The notes under the pieces: generated by a model
Told to the model about the DNA's origin: nothing
The model's database searches: none
Seen by the model: the letters and a program-made list of their open reading frames with translations, nothing else
Made by a program: the position numbers and the translations under genes
Assembly (NCBI GenBank): GCA_965285935.1
Contig: OZ260661.1
Coordinates: 14,012,001 to 14,076,000, forward strand
DNA length: 64,000 nucleotides
Source of the DNA: Ophelia neglecta
Taxonomy: Eukaryota
Direction: 5' to 3'
In this document: piece after piece, positions 1 to 14,779 of the stretch
Position numbering within the stretch: position 1 is the first letter of the stretch
How the letters are laid out: every line of letters starts with the position of its first letter

Positions 1-330
1 ACCTGACCCCACCCTGTACCTGACCCCTTCCTGTACCTATCCTCGTCCTGTACCTGACCCCACCCTGTACCTGCCCCCACCCGGTACCTGCCCCCACCCT
101 GTACCTGACCCCACCCTGTACCCGACCCCGTCCTGTACCTGACCCCATCCTGTACCTGACCCCGTCATGTACCTGACCCCGACCTGTACCTGACCCCACC
201 CTGTACCTGACCCCACCCTGTACCGGACCCCGTCCTGTACCTTACCCCACCCTGTACCTGACCACACCCTGTACCTGACCCCGTCCTGTACCTGACCCCA
301 CCCTGTACCTGACCCAACCTTGTACCTAAC
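1..330. repeat. 17-bp minisatellite (ACCTGACCCCACCCTGT)n, about 19 copies, cut by the window edge
   Basis: Directly visible tandem units with minor variants. Confidence 0.9.
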
Positions 331-574
331 CTTGCTCTGTTTTCCTAAATCTGACTTGTATATCTGGTCATCCTTTCTCTAAGTTACACACCGTGCTGTA
401 GTTCGGACACGGAAGACTGGCAGGTAAACATCGTACAATGATTGGTTTTAATTGATTGGCTATTAATTTTCTCGCTAGAGTTTCATGTTGATATTGATTA
501 GGCATAATAACTTATCAAAGAAGCCATCACTGACATGCTTTGCGCTTGTGTAGCTGTATCCGCGCTCCCCTCCG

Positions 575-2340
575 CGCTCCCCTCCTCCCATACCAGACAG
601 GTCACCCTCCTCTGTCCCCAAAACCATCACCTCCTATTAGACAGATCGACGCCCTCCGGTCCTAGAACCCTCCTCTCCTACTTGGTAGGCCAATCTCTTC
701 TTTCTCTAAAAACATCCTCACCTACTAGAAAGATCGACGCCCTCCGGTCCTAGAACCCTCCTCTCCTACTTGGTAGGCCAATCTCTTCTTTCTCTAAAAA
801 CATCCTCACCTACTAGAAAGATCGACGCCCTCCGGTCTTAGAACCCTCCCCTCCTTGTAGACAGATCTACCTTCTCCGTTCCTACAACCCTCCTCTGCTA
901 CTAGACACATCAACGTCCTCCGTCCATTGAACCATCATCTCCTACTGGACAGACCGACCATTCTCTTCGGCCTTCTCCGTCCCTACTACCCTCCTCTCTG
1001 ACTAGAGATAGATCGGCCTTCTCCGTTCCTTTTACCCTCCTCTCTGACTAGACATAAATTGGCCTCCTCCGTCCCTATTACCCTCAAGATATATCAAGAT
1101 ATATCCCAGCGATAATTGTATTAATTCCATTCCTTCGGCATTTTCTTTTAATATTGCAAGGAGATTTTCGATTGAGTGTCGTTAATTGCTGAAGGCCAGG
1201 CCTAATTTAGCGGATGCGCAAATATAAACATTTGGCTTTAGTAAACATGATATTTCGTGTAGTAATTATAGACTTTTGAAAAGGCCCCGTTTCATAAGAA
1301 GTTATTTGTAAAGTCTATATATCTACGAGCTAGTTTTTATTTATTTGTTAGTTAAACTATTCCACAACCAGGTGACAAGAAAGGATAACCCTGCATTGCT
1401 CGGTTATAATTTTGTCAGCTTCAAACCAGATAGCTCCAAATATTCGCAAATATTCCCGCCTTTGCCCTATTACTAGTATATTGTCATGACGGTGCACATT
1501 TTGCTGCCTTCCTTTGATTATTTTCTAATCTGTCTAGATACGGTTCCCATACATGGAACGAATAGTCCAGCCTTTACGTTATAATAGTTATTATCAAACT
1601 GAAGATTACAAAAGGCTATCGAACACGAATGCGATTGTTGACGCGCGAGAAATTTACGGAAATTACCGAGCTTTCATTTTTTTCTTTCAAATTATAATTA
1701 GGTTTGCCATACTCCGTCCCTATAACCCTCCCCTCCTAATGGACAGATCGACCTCCTCCGGCCCTAAAACCTTAATCTCCTACTAGACTTATAGGCCTCC
1801 TCCGCCCCTACAACCATCGTTTTCTATAAAACAGATCGATCATCTCCGTACCTAGGCCCATTATATCAAGACAGATCCGACTTCTCCGTGCTTGAAACCA
1901 TCACCCAGACCTAGACTCAGTCCTGTGCTTCTACTGTTCTGCTCCTATAGAGGCACAGAACCTCGTATCGAAAAACAATGTTTGAAGACCATAAAACTAA
2001 CAACTCCTATTGGACAGATCGGCCTCCTTATTTCTTACAACCCTCTTTTCCTACTAGACAGGTCGACCTCCTCCGTCCTCACTCCTCTTCTACTAGAAAG
2101 GCTAGCCTCCTCCGTCCTAACAACCCTCCTCTCCTACTAGACGTGGATCGGCCTCCTCCGTGCCTACAACCCTCCCTCTGACCAGAAATAGATCTTCTCC
2201 GTCCCTATAACTCCCCTCTCTTACCAGACATAGATAGGCCTCCGCCGTTCCTACTGCCCTCCTCTCTGACTAGACATTGGTCAGTCTTCTCCGTTCCAAC
2301 CCTCCTCCCTGACAAGACATTGGTCAACCTCCTCCCACCC
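575..2340. repeat. Degenerate ~44-45-bp tandem repeat (CCCTCCTCTCCTACTAGACAGATCGACCTCCTCCGTCC...) in two blocks (about 575-1085 and 1710-2340)
   Basis: Recurrent CTACTAGACAGATCG-C-CTCCGT motif; near-exact ~88-bp dimer duplication around 640-840; unrelated sequence between the blocks. Confidence 0.75.
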
Positions 2341-5300
2341 TAAGAAATTGAAAAAGAACACCAACATTGGCATCGCTTGCAGGACCATTTTTTATGCGAA
2401 AGTGTCACGTATTTTTATGTACTAAATTTGCCTCATGGTCTGCCCGGTATGTCACAAAACTAGGTGTCTGGTGTTGTCGCTCTATTATCTCTATTAACTC
2501 TTAAAGGCTACGTGTGAAAGATGAGGTGCAGCCGCAGCTTCGAGGCTATCTCTATATATTCAAAACCCTTAATTTTGACCAGTAAAACGCCGGTGTATGA
2601 GATTAGTTGGTCCTTCGGCTATTAAATCCCCTAGACTAAAAACTAGGGTAATTAGACCCCGGAATGAAATATATAAATATGTTAGGACCGGCGGACGACA
2701 TAAACTAGAAATCTGAAGACCGGATCCCAAATGATCTAGAATTTCTAGACCGCCGGCCTTAAAATACTAAGTTTTCAAGACCGGGGGACTCCCGGGTTTG
2801 AGTAAGGGTGAGTAAAACTAGTCCGGGGACACCTTCCACTCAGGGGACTCAAGCCTCTTACACCAGCACTCAGTACACATACAATATATACCTCGCCGCT
2901 CCGCCACACAGCGCTATTTAATAATACACGTATAGTTAAAGTAATACAAAGCAGCCTTTCCCGCTCGGCAGCACAGCACCTTTCACATATGCCCGTGGTA
3001 AACGTAGACAGTGTGAAAGGGAAACATTTAAACGCCTAGATTCAGATAAGTACAATCAGTGACGGCAAACAATAACATGACTGTAAACAGCGCCCTCCAA
3101 GAGGTATCTTTTATGTGGAAGGCCGCCTAGTTGAAAGGCGTGTTGCTTTGCTGTAGAAAAGGCTACTACAGACCATATCACGGGGAAAGGTAGCCATAAC
3201 CAAATGCTGTTTGTTACAAAGCTTAGATCGGCATTTATGAAATAGTAGAAAATCAGGGAAGTAAAGTACCTGATTATTGCTATGGTTAGCGGCGCTAAAT
3301 ATCCCCAACTTTATACAAGCAAGTAGCTCACGTATGCAATGTGTTTTGAATGATATCTTATAAATAGAAAAGAAATAACAACCACCTTGTTCAATGCGGT
3401 CGGTTTGGCCTCTAGTATGAAATAACTGATACTTATTAATATGACAGAAAGGGAATAGGACCCAACAATTAAAGACAATAATATCTGTCGATTTCAGACT
3501 TTCGTTTAGAACAAAAATGTATAAACTTTACAAACGAATGTATGTCGAAATTCTCGTGAAATGATTAATTCTAATGAACTTTTAAGGATATCAATCTTTC
3601 TGCACACGTCCGTGTTGAAGAAAACGAATGATCTTCGTGTCAAAAATAAATAATGACTCCAGTACGTGGAAGTCAATTTGATATCACTTCCACCCATATG
3701 ATTAGTGAAACCACGTACTAAGTAAGTTGAGGACAATACGCTGTTCACATGTGGGGTTTTACAGATTTGCCACGCAAAGTCGTCTAGAAAAACTCATTTG
3801 CACTAATACCTTCTGCCTTTAGGAAGCAATGTCTTGCCGAGGCTTGAAATTAAATACCGTTTCTTAAAACATGCTGGCATTGGTTTGCAACGCACTGGCT
3901 TTCATCGAAGTTGTTCTTTTATTAGTCTTGATAAGGATGCGTCCTATGGGCTAGACTTTGCTGAGGTTGTCTTTTAAAAATATGCAGATCCTATTGCCGA
4001 CGTTTATCCACGAATTGATAATAAAAGTAGCTATTGCTTTTTCCCCCGAGAAGTTTATATACATTCAAATAAAACTAATACATGTAGCTGTTTGTCATTA
4101 TTGTGCCTTCGCCAAATATCCTCATCATTTGTTGTTTGGAGGCTTTAAATTATACTTAGGCGACAAAATAGGTTCACGAAAATGTCACTCATGAATATGG
4201 CAACTAGAACAGCTCAGAATAGGCCTACATACTATATGTGCGAACGGCAGGATGACACTAAACTTATAAGATAATGTGTTGTGGCCGGCATAAATATAAC
4301 TTGCGGCGGCAAGTTAATAATTAACAACAATAAGTTGCGGCCGCAAGATATTTAGTCGCGACCGCAAGACACTAACTAACAGGAGTGGATACCCTTCAGA
4401 AACAGCGAAATCATTAATCGAGGATTCTCCATTCAACTGGTCTGAATCACCAGGAACCAGCAGCAACCGGCCCTAATAAATACATCCCACCTCCAGACAG
4501 TAAATAAACTTATAATGAGTTCGCGAGATAGGCCACCACGATATATACATCTCTTTCCCCTATTATAGTATACATCTCCTTCCCTGAAACAGATCACTTC
4601 TCGGTAATATACATGTAGTTGGCAAGGAATGGGGCTTTAATGAACCAAACCCTTGTATTTGAGTATAATCATGTTTATTGATACCCCCAATAATATCATA
4701 TGGTCCGCCCCTTAATTACCCGAATGCCAGGTGACACTGCTTACCGGATTAGACTATCTTTGTTATCAAATATGTTTCTTATCCAAAATGTTATTCGCCA
4801 TTTCTCGTCGACTGACAGAAGTTTCGTTGACATCTTGGCGGTGATTCCCCCTATTAAGCTTGTAATGTGTATTAACTTACGTCGACAATGTCCAGAAAAG
4901 ATTGGACGCGAGGGGAATAAAGAAAGCTTGAACTTTATCAAGTGACACCTTTACTTACCTGTTAGTGACACAGTTCTTGCATGACAGCCAAACGTGTCTA
5001 CAAAAGGAAATAGCGCGTCACATGCTTCACAGTATTTTGTTCTGGTACCACCCTGCATGTGTGCCACACTTGTTCTCAATATCAAGTGAGCATTAGGTAT
5101 AGCATACTCCCATTGGAATTACTCTTAATTTGTTTGTATACTTTATCGTTTTCAAACGGGTATCCTGCCCCAGTTTGTATGTTTTCCATTGATTAAGACT
5201 AGTTTAATGTTGGAGGTAAAGTGATGGGTGATTCTTAGTTCATCTCTAGGCAGATTGATGTAAGAGTTATAACACGTGTCAGTGTGTATAATCTGTAGTT

Positions 5301-7935
5301 ATTATGGCCGGCCTGGTTAATACAAGTCATGTTACTCTATTACAGTTTGAGCCGCAATCCCCTGAGCGAGGAGTATCGGACTAGGCTGGAGACGGAGTTC
5401 GGGGATAGAATTTGGTTATGATTATTGTCACCTTTCAATTCCTTGACTACGCCATGATCAGTCGACATAGAAACAAAACACCATATCACCATACAATAAC
5501 ATGACATTATTATTATTGACGTCATGTCGCTTCCGACTCCCAAAAAACATAAGTAGTACTAGTGATGAGTTGTATGGTATGCAGAAGACAAGTAGCATGT
5601 TAAAAATAATCAACTGTTTTTATTGTTAATGCTTAGTTGTGAATCTTTTTTTGTTGATTGATTTGACATCCCATTTGTTTGCCGTGTTTTTTACCTTCAT
5701 ATCTATTTATTCTCACAAATTCGCAAAATTATTAAATGAATGAAGATATTTCTTTCATGTAATAGTGTTTTTGATAATATATTATATCGAAAGAGTTAAT
5801 TTGTGTATGGAGCCCAATAGATGGTGACAAACCCTTGATTACAAAATCATAAAATATATGTTGAATACATGTTGTCTCATGCATTAATTGGCAAGGGGTG
5901 TTTCTTTTTAAATCAAATCGCACTATCGAAACAACTACAAAAGTGCAGACATTCACGTTGAGAAGTAACCAATTTACATTAACTATACAAGCCACAATAT
6001 ACCTACCACCGGAGACCTAAAGTTCCCAGGAATTCATTTTTTTACTATATCGCTGGTAATTGAGTTGGTGTTTGGGCAAAAGAATTAAATACCGATCTCC
6101 TGCGGCTCGTTTGATATCTCTGAGTAATGAATTGTCTTTTACTTCCAACTGGAAAAATTATTCTGCTTTGCACTTCTATTTTTAAGATATAAAATGCACA
6201 AGGCTGTTTTCGTTTGCAATGTGTTTTTGATCAATTCATATCAATGTGTTAATAACATTGCACAATTTCAATGCAGCAGTTAATTTTGTATTCCAGTCGA
6301 GATAGCTATTTATGTTTTGTTTAAGTTGTATTGTAAATGAATAAGATAAACGTATCCATTTGATTCTTGCTTTAGCACATCCATTTATATTTCCAGGAAT
6401 TTATTCGCCACATTATTTTACATTGTAGTCAATAATCTGAAAAGTCAAAGTGAACACCATGTGGTAGATTTCTAATTTCTCTTTAAATTAGTGGACTGTC
6501 TATTTTGGACAATTTCAACAATAAACACATTTGTGCTTTTGTATGGTTTTGTGTCTATACTTACAAATATATTACTCTAATTATAGTTTCGCCGAATTAT
6601 AATAATATATATATATATAGATATTAACAGAACTGTCTCATTGTCCATTCTTATTAATAAATACATAGGAAGTAAAGAATCAGAAACAATAAGACTCTTA
6701 CCTACACAGTAATATTTATGATAGTCATAATTTAAAGAATGATAATTATCTAAAAGTAAATATTATAAATACCACCCAGTCCTTCCTCTCTAGTAATGGA
6801 GTGTTACCGCTTAGCGGACATTATATTAATTAGGTATTGTATAAAGGAAGGAGGATATTGATCCAATGTTAAGTATTTGTTCATACTTGAGATCTGGAAA
6901 TAAATGTCGTTGCATATTTATTTGGAAATCCTGATCAGTGGTGGTACGGAAAATGGGGAAATAAGCAAATTCTTCCATCAAAAATACTCAATTTACCCAG
7001 ATATCATCACCGGCCGTCAGCTGCAGTTCCTCAAACATAAACCCTCACTTCCTAACTGTAAATAAGGTGGTCAGATCAAACATAAAATCAGGTTGAATTA
7101 AAGATAAAAACGTTCTATTTATATTTTAAATTTTCTAGTTTTTTTCCACTCGTTGTCTACTCTTTTGTTCTCTATTTTTATCTCTTTTGCCTTTGCCTAT
7201 TTTCTTAAACATTAGCAAAACCGCCAATTTATTTACATAACAATTGAAATATTAACATAACAATCATATAAAAAAATATCATTCTGCATGCTAAGTCCTG
7301 TTTTTATCCTGTATTTATTGCGTTATTTGTTTATTAATATTAACTGTCTGAAGTTTTAAAAAATAAAACTATTATCCTGAATTTATGTCTAAATTGTCCT
7401 GGTATATCCTGTAGTTTAAAATAGATCTTTAAAAAATGTTCTGAATTGGTAATTGAAATGTCCTTTGTAATATTTAATTATGAGATATCCTTTTTTGTTA
7501 ATTACGTTTGCTTGGTAGTTGAATAAATTGTCTTTGTATAGTCCATTTCTTTGGGCCACAGTCGGCCGGGGAAGCAGCCCCCACCCCAAGCACAGCTGCA
7601 CACACCCGAGCAGGCACTGTGCTACAGTGCCCGGCTAAACCCGGCGGGCATAGACACCTGCACCGCGAGGCAGACACCACCACCCAGGCCACCGCGGCCC
7701 TAGGCTGTTGAAAAGTCACTGTCACAACTATGTACACATTTGTCCTCGCCTCTCTCTCAGTCGTATTCCCAGGGTACTATTCCACTCTGAAGGATCCGTT
7801 GGTGTAGGAGTCCTCCTCACGTTACTACTTGAATATCAATTCCGCCCTCGGTCACCATCGTAGTAGTTCTGGAAAGCAAAACTGAGAGCCGGCAGTATCA
7901 TATTCAAATAATCAAAGACCGTTATCTACAAACAA

Positions 7936-8640
7936 TCAGATATTAAAACTAAGGTTGAAATCATCGTCGACTGTTGCAATGGTATTATTGTAACACCACT
8001 GCTTGATGAATTTCTCCCTTTTAGATTGATCCCTATCTTTATAATAGCTATAATCTTCTTTAACTCTACAATTTAGAAAAAAATAGAACATATAATATGC
8101 AATTACATTGCGGCCATCTAATGTCTGTTTTCGGGCTAACCAAATACAGTGTTTTGCCAGAAATACAAGATAATTTGCCAAATTATTTGTTTCTTCGTCT
8201 AGCTGTTTGTGTTTATGTGAAAACCCGAAACAAATTTCATATAGTCTGGGCGGGCTGCCAGTTAACCTTGTAATATAGGTGCTACTGCAGCCCAGAGCTG
8301 AGCGGCGTGCGGGCATGTCCGCATGCCGTGTAGAACAGTCTCGCTGTTATGATCACATAACGGACAACTAGGGTTATTTTTTATATTCATATGGAATAAC
8401 CTTTTATTAGTAGGTAAAACCATGTGAATGAACTTGAATTGAAAGTCGGATATAATCCTATTCCTTGGTTTGTGATAGACGTTGGCAAACATGTGTTTAG
8501 CCTGTAACGTCGGATTGTTAAATATGTGCTGCCATGCTTTCAATTTAGGGAGGCTAGCAGTCGCAGATTTAGAGCACAAGATTCGATATAATTTAGCCAT
8601 TGTAAATTTATCTAATTCGAGTACACCGTCTTTGAATAGA
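7936..8640 (-). mobile_element. 5'-truncated L1/Tx1-clade LINE fragment: ORF2 C-terminal zinc-binding (zf-RVT-like) region, frameshifted
   Basis: ORFs 8262-8600 (DFQFKFIHMVLPTNKRLFHMNIKNNPSCPLCDHNSETVLH...TCPH..QLW) and 7936-8316 (LAKHCIWLARK...KFIKQW) overlap in different frames. Confidence 0.8.
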
Positions 8641-10787
8641 TCGCAATTAATACCCAGTTAGGTGCGGTTTACTGGAGTAGTTTAGGTCTGAGACATAAAG
8701 AGTCCAAAACTTCCAGAGAAGCTACTTTTTTTGCTAATTATTAATTCATTTTGCTTACAATATCGAATGAAAATTAATCTTAATTAAAAAGAATTTGCGC
8801 AGGGGCGAAAAGCATAAATTGGAAATAATAGTTAAAGTATAAATGTTTATTGACTATGGTCGTGGGCCCATGATCAATAGTCGAACAGATATTTATATAA
8901 TCAGTGTGGTAAGCGACAGTTCCAACCTCATTTAAGTCATTAGCATATTCCTGTCTGATTTAAAGCATCATGGGTAAACACAGCGAAGCTATACACTCTT
9001 ACGAAATCATCAGAGCTATGACTATCAGATAAAGTATAGTATACTTTACAATATAGCGCCTGAAAATGTATACAAATATAGTGGATCTGCACCTTGTGGC
9101 ACTCTGTATGTTATTACATGCCTGTGTATAAATTAAACTTTCAAAGGACATATTATCCTATTCGGAAATTAATGCCTCAGTGATCTGTGTAATTATCACT
9201 TGGATATCTTGCTTATCTAAGTTGTCTAGGTAAGTGTTAATATTAACGTTACTAATAGCTTAAGTTAATTTGAATATTTTCCCAGTGTAAATCTTCATTT
9301 TAAAGCGCCTTCGTTTACATTGCCGCCATTTTATCAGATCTGCACACTATGTCATTTCGAGAATACTGGGAGTCAGATCCAAACTGATATGTTTTAATAA
9401 GTAAGAATTATACATGAGTTCTTAATTTTCAGTGTCGAATAGCAAATGTATATGCAATTGTTCGGAGATAGGACCTGCAGATGGAAGGACGTTTCATGCT
9501 GTTATCACTCTATCTGGAAAAAAGTTTACACATGAGCCATAATATACTTATATGTATGTAATTCATAACCTTCTACCATTCACCCACCACACATGTACGT
9601 GGATGTTACGTGTGGAGGTCGGGATTTATCTGAAATTCATCTGAATTTTAGCGTAACCGAGGTCAGCCATTTTAGGGCCAAATAGATACAATTTTTAAAT
9701 TACCGACTGCCCTCTACCTAAAAGATGAGCCATGCTACACGGTATAAACCGGAATGACTTGGAAACCTTCAAACTTCAGTTTAAAGGAACTAGAGCATAA
9801 GTTTAATTTCAATAGTATTAGATTTTATTATAAACCTGTGTTAATTGCCTCCTTTTTTCATTGGTACAGCATAAATGTCAGTGACCAACTCTGCATGACT
9901 GTCTGCATCTGTAAGGTATAATTGCTTAAGTAATTTTAATGTTTTATGATTCTGTAACTTAAAGGTATTTTGGAGAATACGTATTGCTAACAAAAAATTA
10001 TAATGCAACTCATCAATTAACTACTATGGACCACTCCATAGAAAGAATTTTGTCACATGAATAGTTATAATCCACCATTGCAAGGTTGCCAAGCTCCGGG
10101 CGCGGCATTGCTGGGGATGTGTACGTTTTTAAGGTTACGAGTGGACAAAATGGAAGGTTTGCCTTAAGAACACGTGGCTAAGGAGCTGGAATCTCACCGG
10201 AATGGAATAAACAGATAAAAAAATTAGACGAAAATGTGTCCCGTGACAAAAATAATCGGAAACTTCCGAAAATGCAAGGGATTTATCAGATTTTGTGGCG
10301 TGAACGAGCAAATTGCGTGGGTCGTCCGGCGAATGCGGGGAACTAGGCAGGCCTGTCAATGATCGAAAGCTTTATAAAGTGATTTTCATTTTATTTTTAG
10401 TGCTTGAAGCGTTCGACCTGAAATTAGCTAAACTAATCCGCTTAATTCATCAGGTTTATGTTAATAACTCCGTCATTTAAAAATATAAACCACTGAAGTG
10501 ACGATCGTGAATGTTCAATTCGTATTGATGGTTAGAGATTGTGTTCTATCCACAATTAAATAAAAAGAATCCACAAAAGCCAACATCGTGCAACAGAATT
10601 TACATATGCATGTCAATTAATTCCTACCCTCTACTTGAGTTTATAGTCCACCACTGTTGCTTTGATGAAAGCAAGGTTTTTATTTTGCAGTATTTTTGCC
10701 TTTGTGCAAAATAATATAGCAGAAAATCGCGAAAAATCAGAATTCTAAGTAAATCACGATTCCAATGAAGTTAACTTGGTTACTTAC

Positions 10788-13700
10788 CTTTATCCTTTGT
10801 CTGGAGGCGATCAATTTCCCTGACGTCGGAATATTCGCCTGGAAAATATGATATCACTTTTAATTACGAGCAAGAATAATTGTCCTTTTTATAGGATGAC
10901 ATGCTATTTGTATTTTTTTACTAGCACATTTATGACAATGATCGCTTTAGCAATAAAGCATGAGGGTTAACAAATACAATTACCCTATGTATTATTGATT
11001 AATTCAGGTGAAGTTTCACATATTTCTATTCAACCGGCATTAGAACAAGTTTTTCTTGGTGTCCCTTACCAAATAGATATGATAATTTACAAAGTGTCGG
11101 CTTGATTGGGTTTTTATATGCCAAGCACGCACCCAAGTAATGCACAGTGCATTCTACATGCATACTGCAACCACTTAATAACTTGCATATTAAGTATATG
11201 CATACTTTGTATTTACGTTGGTTGAGAGCCTATACGAAGTGAATGTTAAAACAAGTGTAACCATAGTGCGCATTCTACTTGCTTTCCAATGTTTTTATGT
11301 GATACTATTAGGGACGTTACAAGCTTGTTTGCAAGAATGTTCAACCAGGCAACCTCAACCTTGGATTCAAATGAACAGCCCTCACAAGCATATATTACTT
11401 TTGAGATACAATTTGAATGTATATATGATAGAATTGTTCGACCTAAGGCAATATCACTCTCATAGTAGTTGACAGAATATTCTGGGTTGTCAACGAACTC
11501 AGTATTTTCTTCCTCACTGCTAGCCCCCTCGAACGCATCTGTCGCCCTCTGGGGGTTGTTGGCGCAATTGTCTTTACTTCTGGCAGTGTCTGAATTGTAC
11601 AATATTCAAACTGCGATTAAAGGCGTTCAAAATAGACGGGGAGAGAAAGGGGCGTTTTTTATTATTGTCTTCAATCATGATATCCACAAGTTGGTTTACT
11701 TAAAGGAGAGTGGTGAACAGGTAGCTTTTTGGAGGGAGGGTGCATAAACCAGTAAAATCACCTTAGTGTTGTATGAGCATTCATACTATAAAAGGATCTC
11801 GCCCTAAATATATCCAAATGTAGAAAAAAAACACGTTAATTTAAAAATTAATACCATACATCTATTTCTCCAATAAACAAATGGTTTTAACACACATTTA
11901 TATCTCATATCATTACTAATTACATCGTAACTTTGTTGATTGATTGATTGGTTGATTGTTTTATTTTCCTTGACTTAACAAGAGCACAAATACAAACAGT
12001 GCATCAACCTATACACAAACTATTCATGATATGTTTATCTCAGTAACATTACAAATTATGGAATGTTCCAGATTCACTCAGAGGCAATATACACAAATTC
12101 ATATATACGTTTACAATAAGGGCCGAAGTATGTCAACACCAGGTCTTCCTATATATTTTTATTAGCACAATGTTGTAAAACTTTATTTATCTGTTTTTGC
12201 CAATATACCACCTTTATTAATTTTTTCTTATCTTCAATAATTGTTATTTGTATTTATTCATATATTTTCTATCCTTTAGTTCACTTCGTTTAGCTTGTTT
12301 ATAAACTTTGTTTAATAACATTGATTTATGTGCTTACTTCTCCTCCGATACAGAATCACAATGGCAACCACAACTGCTATGAGTAGTATTGACGAGAAAA
12401 CGACAAGAATGGCGATGATCAGGTTTGCCTTCTTGCCACTTCTTTTTCCTTCTGGACAGAGAACATAGAATAAATCATTGAATCGTTCCCAGTTGTCGTC
12501 TGGAGATGGTTGCTGGGTGGAGATGGTTGCTGGGAACAGTATATACCCACGTCAGCTATGTGGTTGTAATTGATGGCAAGACGCGGTACACCCAATCCGA
12601 GGATAGTTGTAAGTCTCAGGGGTAGATCGTAATTGAGGACCCCAAACATTAGTATGGCTATCACGAGTGGTGATTCCTTCTGGAGGCAGTGTACAAATTA
12701 ATTACAAACGTTTGGAAACTTTAAATAGGGGGGGGGGGGGGCATTCATATATATACAACCGCGTGAAGACCCCCACCAACCACCCCACCCAAGGTAGAAG
12801 TAGCTTTAATTTACAATTCAGGGGGCAGGTTATCCTCTTTTGTAAAGGTTTTAGAGGGGCTAGATGTGGAAGAGGGTGTATATTATTGTGAAGTTTCCGA
12901 AAGGGGTATATAAATTTGTGTATTTTCATTCCATGGCCCTCCCATATGTACCTTTTGTTGCCTTTGACGTTCATCCCCCTGTTGTTAACATATTGTTCAC
13001 ATTATATTTGATCGTGATCTAGTGATGATTCAAATGAATTGACAGCCTTATAAACATATAAACATATAATGTATAATGCATATCAACCGGGAAATGTCCA
13101 CATCATTTCATTAAAGTCATCAGCTGTTTGATTAATCCTGATAGCACCCCATTATGTAAATTATTATAAACATAAATTTACTAATCTCAAACAATCGACA
13201 TGTGCATTTTGTTTTCTTTTCAGGGAGGCGCACAGGCCGCAAGAAAAGTCTAGACCGGCCAGTTGCACTGACACCTTTCAATCGCCACTTCCATAGCCGA
13301 AATCTAAAATCCATTGTCCACATTTTCCACCTGCCTTACGGTTTATATATTGCCAACACAAAGTTTAATATTTACTCGACACATATGTATCAAATGGAAA
13401 ACTACCTCGGATTTCTGATTGATATGAGTCACTTCTGTCGGACCGCAGAGTTGAGTTGATCTCTACCCCTGAACAGCTATAACTGTTACCGCTGTCATCT
13501 TGGTTGAGGATAAGAGAGCGAGTAGTTGTAGGTAGTTTGTTCTCATCGTGGTACCACTCGTACTCCATGTGTGGCCTGAATTCTGCGGGTAGGGATGTCG
13601 AGTTGACATTACAAAGGAGCCGGTTTCCTTCTTGGGTCACCCGAGCCTTCTGAGGTTGACCTGAATTAACATGAGCTGGACTTTGTCTATTGCTTCTTAC

Positions 13701-14779
13701 CGTTTCAGTTATGACGTAGATTCCATACATTCGATATTGGGGTAAAAACCTAAGCTCTACTTTTAGAAATGGATGGATTTTACTGTTCCTGGATCAGGTT
13801 TGTATTATCTATACATAAGAACAGGTTTAATAAATTGTAACAAAAAACATTAATCTTACCCCAAATGAAAAGCACCTTTTCCCCGCAATTTGCTCCTTGG
13901 TGTATGCATTGGTACTCGTCGGCATCAAAAAGGGTAACATTGATAATAGTGAAGCCGAATGTATCATTTCCATTGCCAGCAGCCTGAGTACGGTTCATGT
14001 CACCTTTTACGTTGCCCACTCCAAAGTTAAAGGCTACCAAAGTTATGTTTGCTTTCTGTATAAATACCACCGATTGGCTGGTAACATTTTGTATAACCCA
14101 AACATATGTGACGTTTTTTCCCTCATAATCGCGACTGTTCGGCTTCTTATATACTATAATTCAAGGAAAAATAACATGTTATTTATCTTGGAAACTGATT
14201 TGCAGCTGGCAGTTCACGATACATTATTCGTGGTCAATAAATAATTTTGAAAACCTCTTGTTCTATGTATTTTGCTGCTTAACTCTAGGCTTAGAACTAA
14301 AAGACCACAGGCCATGCGGAAGTACGGTTGGTTCGTTTATAGTTATCATGATGCATAAAGCGCCTACAGATATAGGTGTATATAAAATTTTCCTTGTGAC
14401 TTGGGTTTAGTGTTTACTTATTTTTTCAGCAGCCTTACATATTCATTTGTTCTGGTTTCTACATGGTTAAGGTCAAAGCACTGAACACATTTGAAATACC
14501 CTTATATTCCTTATAAACATATTGTTAGTATACCCAAAATGTTTATCTGGGCAGCACTGGCAAATTTAAATAGAGACCTATTCTTGTCTTTTCCTGTGAT
14601 ACCCGGTGAATCATGTATGCAAAAACAATATTACCAAGGTGGCCTTATCTATCATGAACCACATATATTGCTAAGAATTAAAAACGGTTAAACCTACCTC
14701 TCAATGTACATTGCTTGAGATCAAAGAAAAGGCAGATAAATATTAGCACGGACGCAATTTTCGACATTACGCACATCAT
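10788..14779 (-). CDS. Host Ig-superfamily type-I membrane receptor, paralog A (spliced; 3' end uncertain)
   Basis: Phase-1 GT-AG exons: signal peptide 14779-14698 (MMCVMSKIASVLIFICLFF), V-like Ig 14153-13860 (..DADEYQC..), C2-like Ig 13660-13406 (C..YEWY..YSC), TM 12451-12338 (LIIAILVVFSSILLIAVVVAIVILYRRR), probable cytoplasmic exons starting about 11589 (DNPEYSVNYY) and 10838-10788 (EYSDV). Confidence 0.75.

Noticed and set aside
37-2181. Short ORFs in the first 2.2 kb
   Set aside because: Translations of minisatellite and satellite repeats
2590-2872. Possible small palindromic MITE (GGTGTATGAG...CTCTTACACC)
   Set aside because: Termini are short and imperfect and no clear TSD is visible
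7740-9520. Possible further 3' exons of Ig receptor A (near 9473-9513 and 7790-7870)
   Set aside because: Acceptor-like sites are present but the expected phase hits stop codons; cannot be supported without transcripts
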